DNA of 63,935 nt, filler included, from Octopus bimaculoides (Eukaryota): assembly GCF_001194135.2 (NCBI RefSeq). It is 8 parts of 8 records of this genome, joined end to end, with 100 filler letters (N's around TTAATTAATTAA, not from the genome) between each part and the next. Parts side by side here need not be neighbours in the genome. Positions count along the whole stretch, not along the records: positions 62,582 to 63,935 come from NC_068986.1; 7 more parts are not named here. The stretch is one strand, 5' to 3'. Of this stretch, positions 62,866 through 63,935 are shown in pieces (positions within the stretch are counted from its first letter, which is position 1; the number at the start of each line of letters is the position of its first letter). The notes below the pieces were generated by a model, which had not been told where the DNA came from, made no database searches, and saw only the letters and a list, made by a program, of their open reading frames with translations. Both the position numbers and the translations under genes were made by a program.

Positions 62866-63466
62866 GATAATGATAATAATAATAATAATAGTAAACTTAA
62901 GCAGCAATAATATCTACATCAAAAGCCACGGTAGTACAATATGTAACAAGCGGAACTTGCAAAGTTAACTCACCATATCTCACTGCGGATATGTATGTTG
63001 TTGTGTGCGTGGGCACGTAAGAAGCGTGTGCCTGTGTGAATACGTATGTACAGAAATATTGAATACATTCCTCAAACGAGCACATATACATATTTTGATA
63101 TTTTGTTTATATACACAAACAGTTGTATGCATATCTATAATATATATAAAATCGGTATCGATTTAAAACGCGCGCGCGCAGGCGCGCGCAGGCACACGCA
63201 CACACACACACACACACACACGCNNNNNNNNNNACACACACACAGAAATACATGCATACACACGTATGAGAGGAAAAAATAATAGACAAATGGAGAGAGA
63301 GTTTAATACGGTAACAAACAAACGACCCAACGATATATTTGCATACATCAATATATATATTTGTATGTAAATATATACGTTCCTTATTTTTAAATTAGTG
63401 AATACATGTACATACGTTTACGTGTGTATGCCTCACTGTACACACACACACATTTATATATATTTG

Positions 63467-63497
<31 letters not shown>

Positions 63498-63884
63498 CCA
63501 CATCTATATATATATGCATACACGTGTGTATTGGTGTTTGTGTTTTTGTGCTTGTCGGTACATATAAATGTTTCTTTAATGAATTGAAAGAAAAAAATAA
63601 CATATCGACTACAAATATAACAATAGATAAATCATGTACGCCACAAGCGTGACATAAAACGAATATCACATTATTCAGATATACTTCTCACATCTTGTAA
63701 TATTCTATATAATATCATACAACAAACAACCATTGTTGTATGTACATATGGAAAATGGAAATATAGACATGCAATAGAATAGAATAACTTGTGTGTATAT
63801 GTGTACGCATGTGTATTTGCGTACGCGTTTTTTGCGTGTGTGTGTGTGTGTGTAGTTATGGAAGTGTGTATGCTAGGGCATCTA

Positions 63885-63935
<51 letters not shown>

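Overview
This is AT-rich, microsatellite-dense eukaryotic genomic DNA, with about a tenth of the window in N gaps. The SINE repertoire looks like an octopus or other coleoid cephalopod; this is inferred from remembered repeat families, not from a database search. I can support no intact protein-coding gene and no RNA gene. The window is largely a transposon graveyard. It holds at least five tRNA-derived SINE families with dozens of copies, and degenerate LINEs of the RTE, CR1, Tx1/L1 and R4/Dong (RT plus restriction-like endonuclease) groups. It also holds a Penelope-like GIY-YIG fragment, a Ty3/Gypsy integrase tail with PPT and LTR, a hAT (Buster/Charlie-like) transposase relic, four mariner relics plus a mariner MITE, a Helentron-associated HINE-like element and foldback MITEs. 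One GC-elevated 103-bp segment with good splice sites (34378-34480, minus strand) may be a host exon. Most notable observations: (1) an abundant SINE shares a 42-nt 3' tail with a Tx1-type LINE in the same window, a candidate SINE/LINE pair; (2) that SINE forms dimers with two different tails and piles up in (ATT)n tracts; (3) R4/Dong elements are stacked, and every visible end except one 5' boundary abuts an (AAT)n microsatellite. Most listed ORFs are microsatellite or N-gap artefacts.
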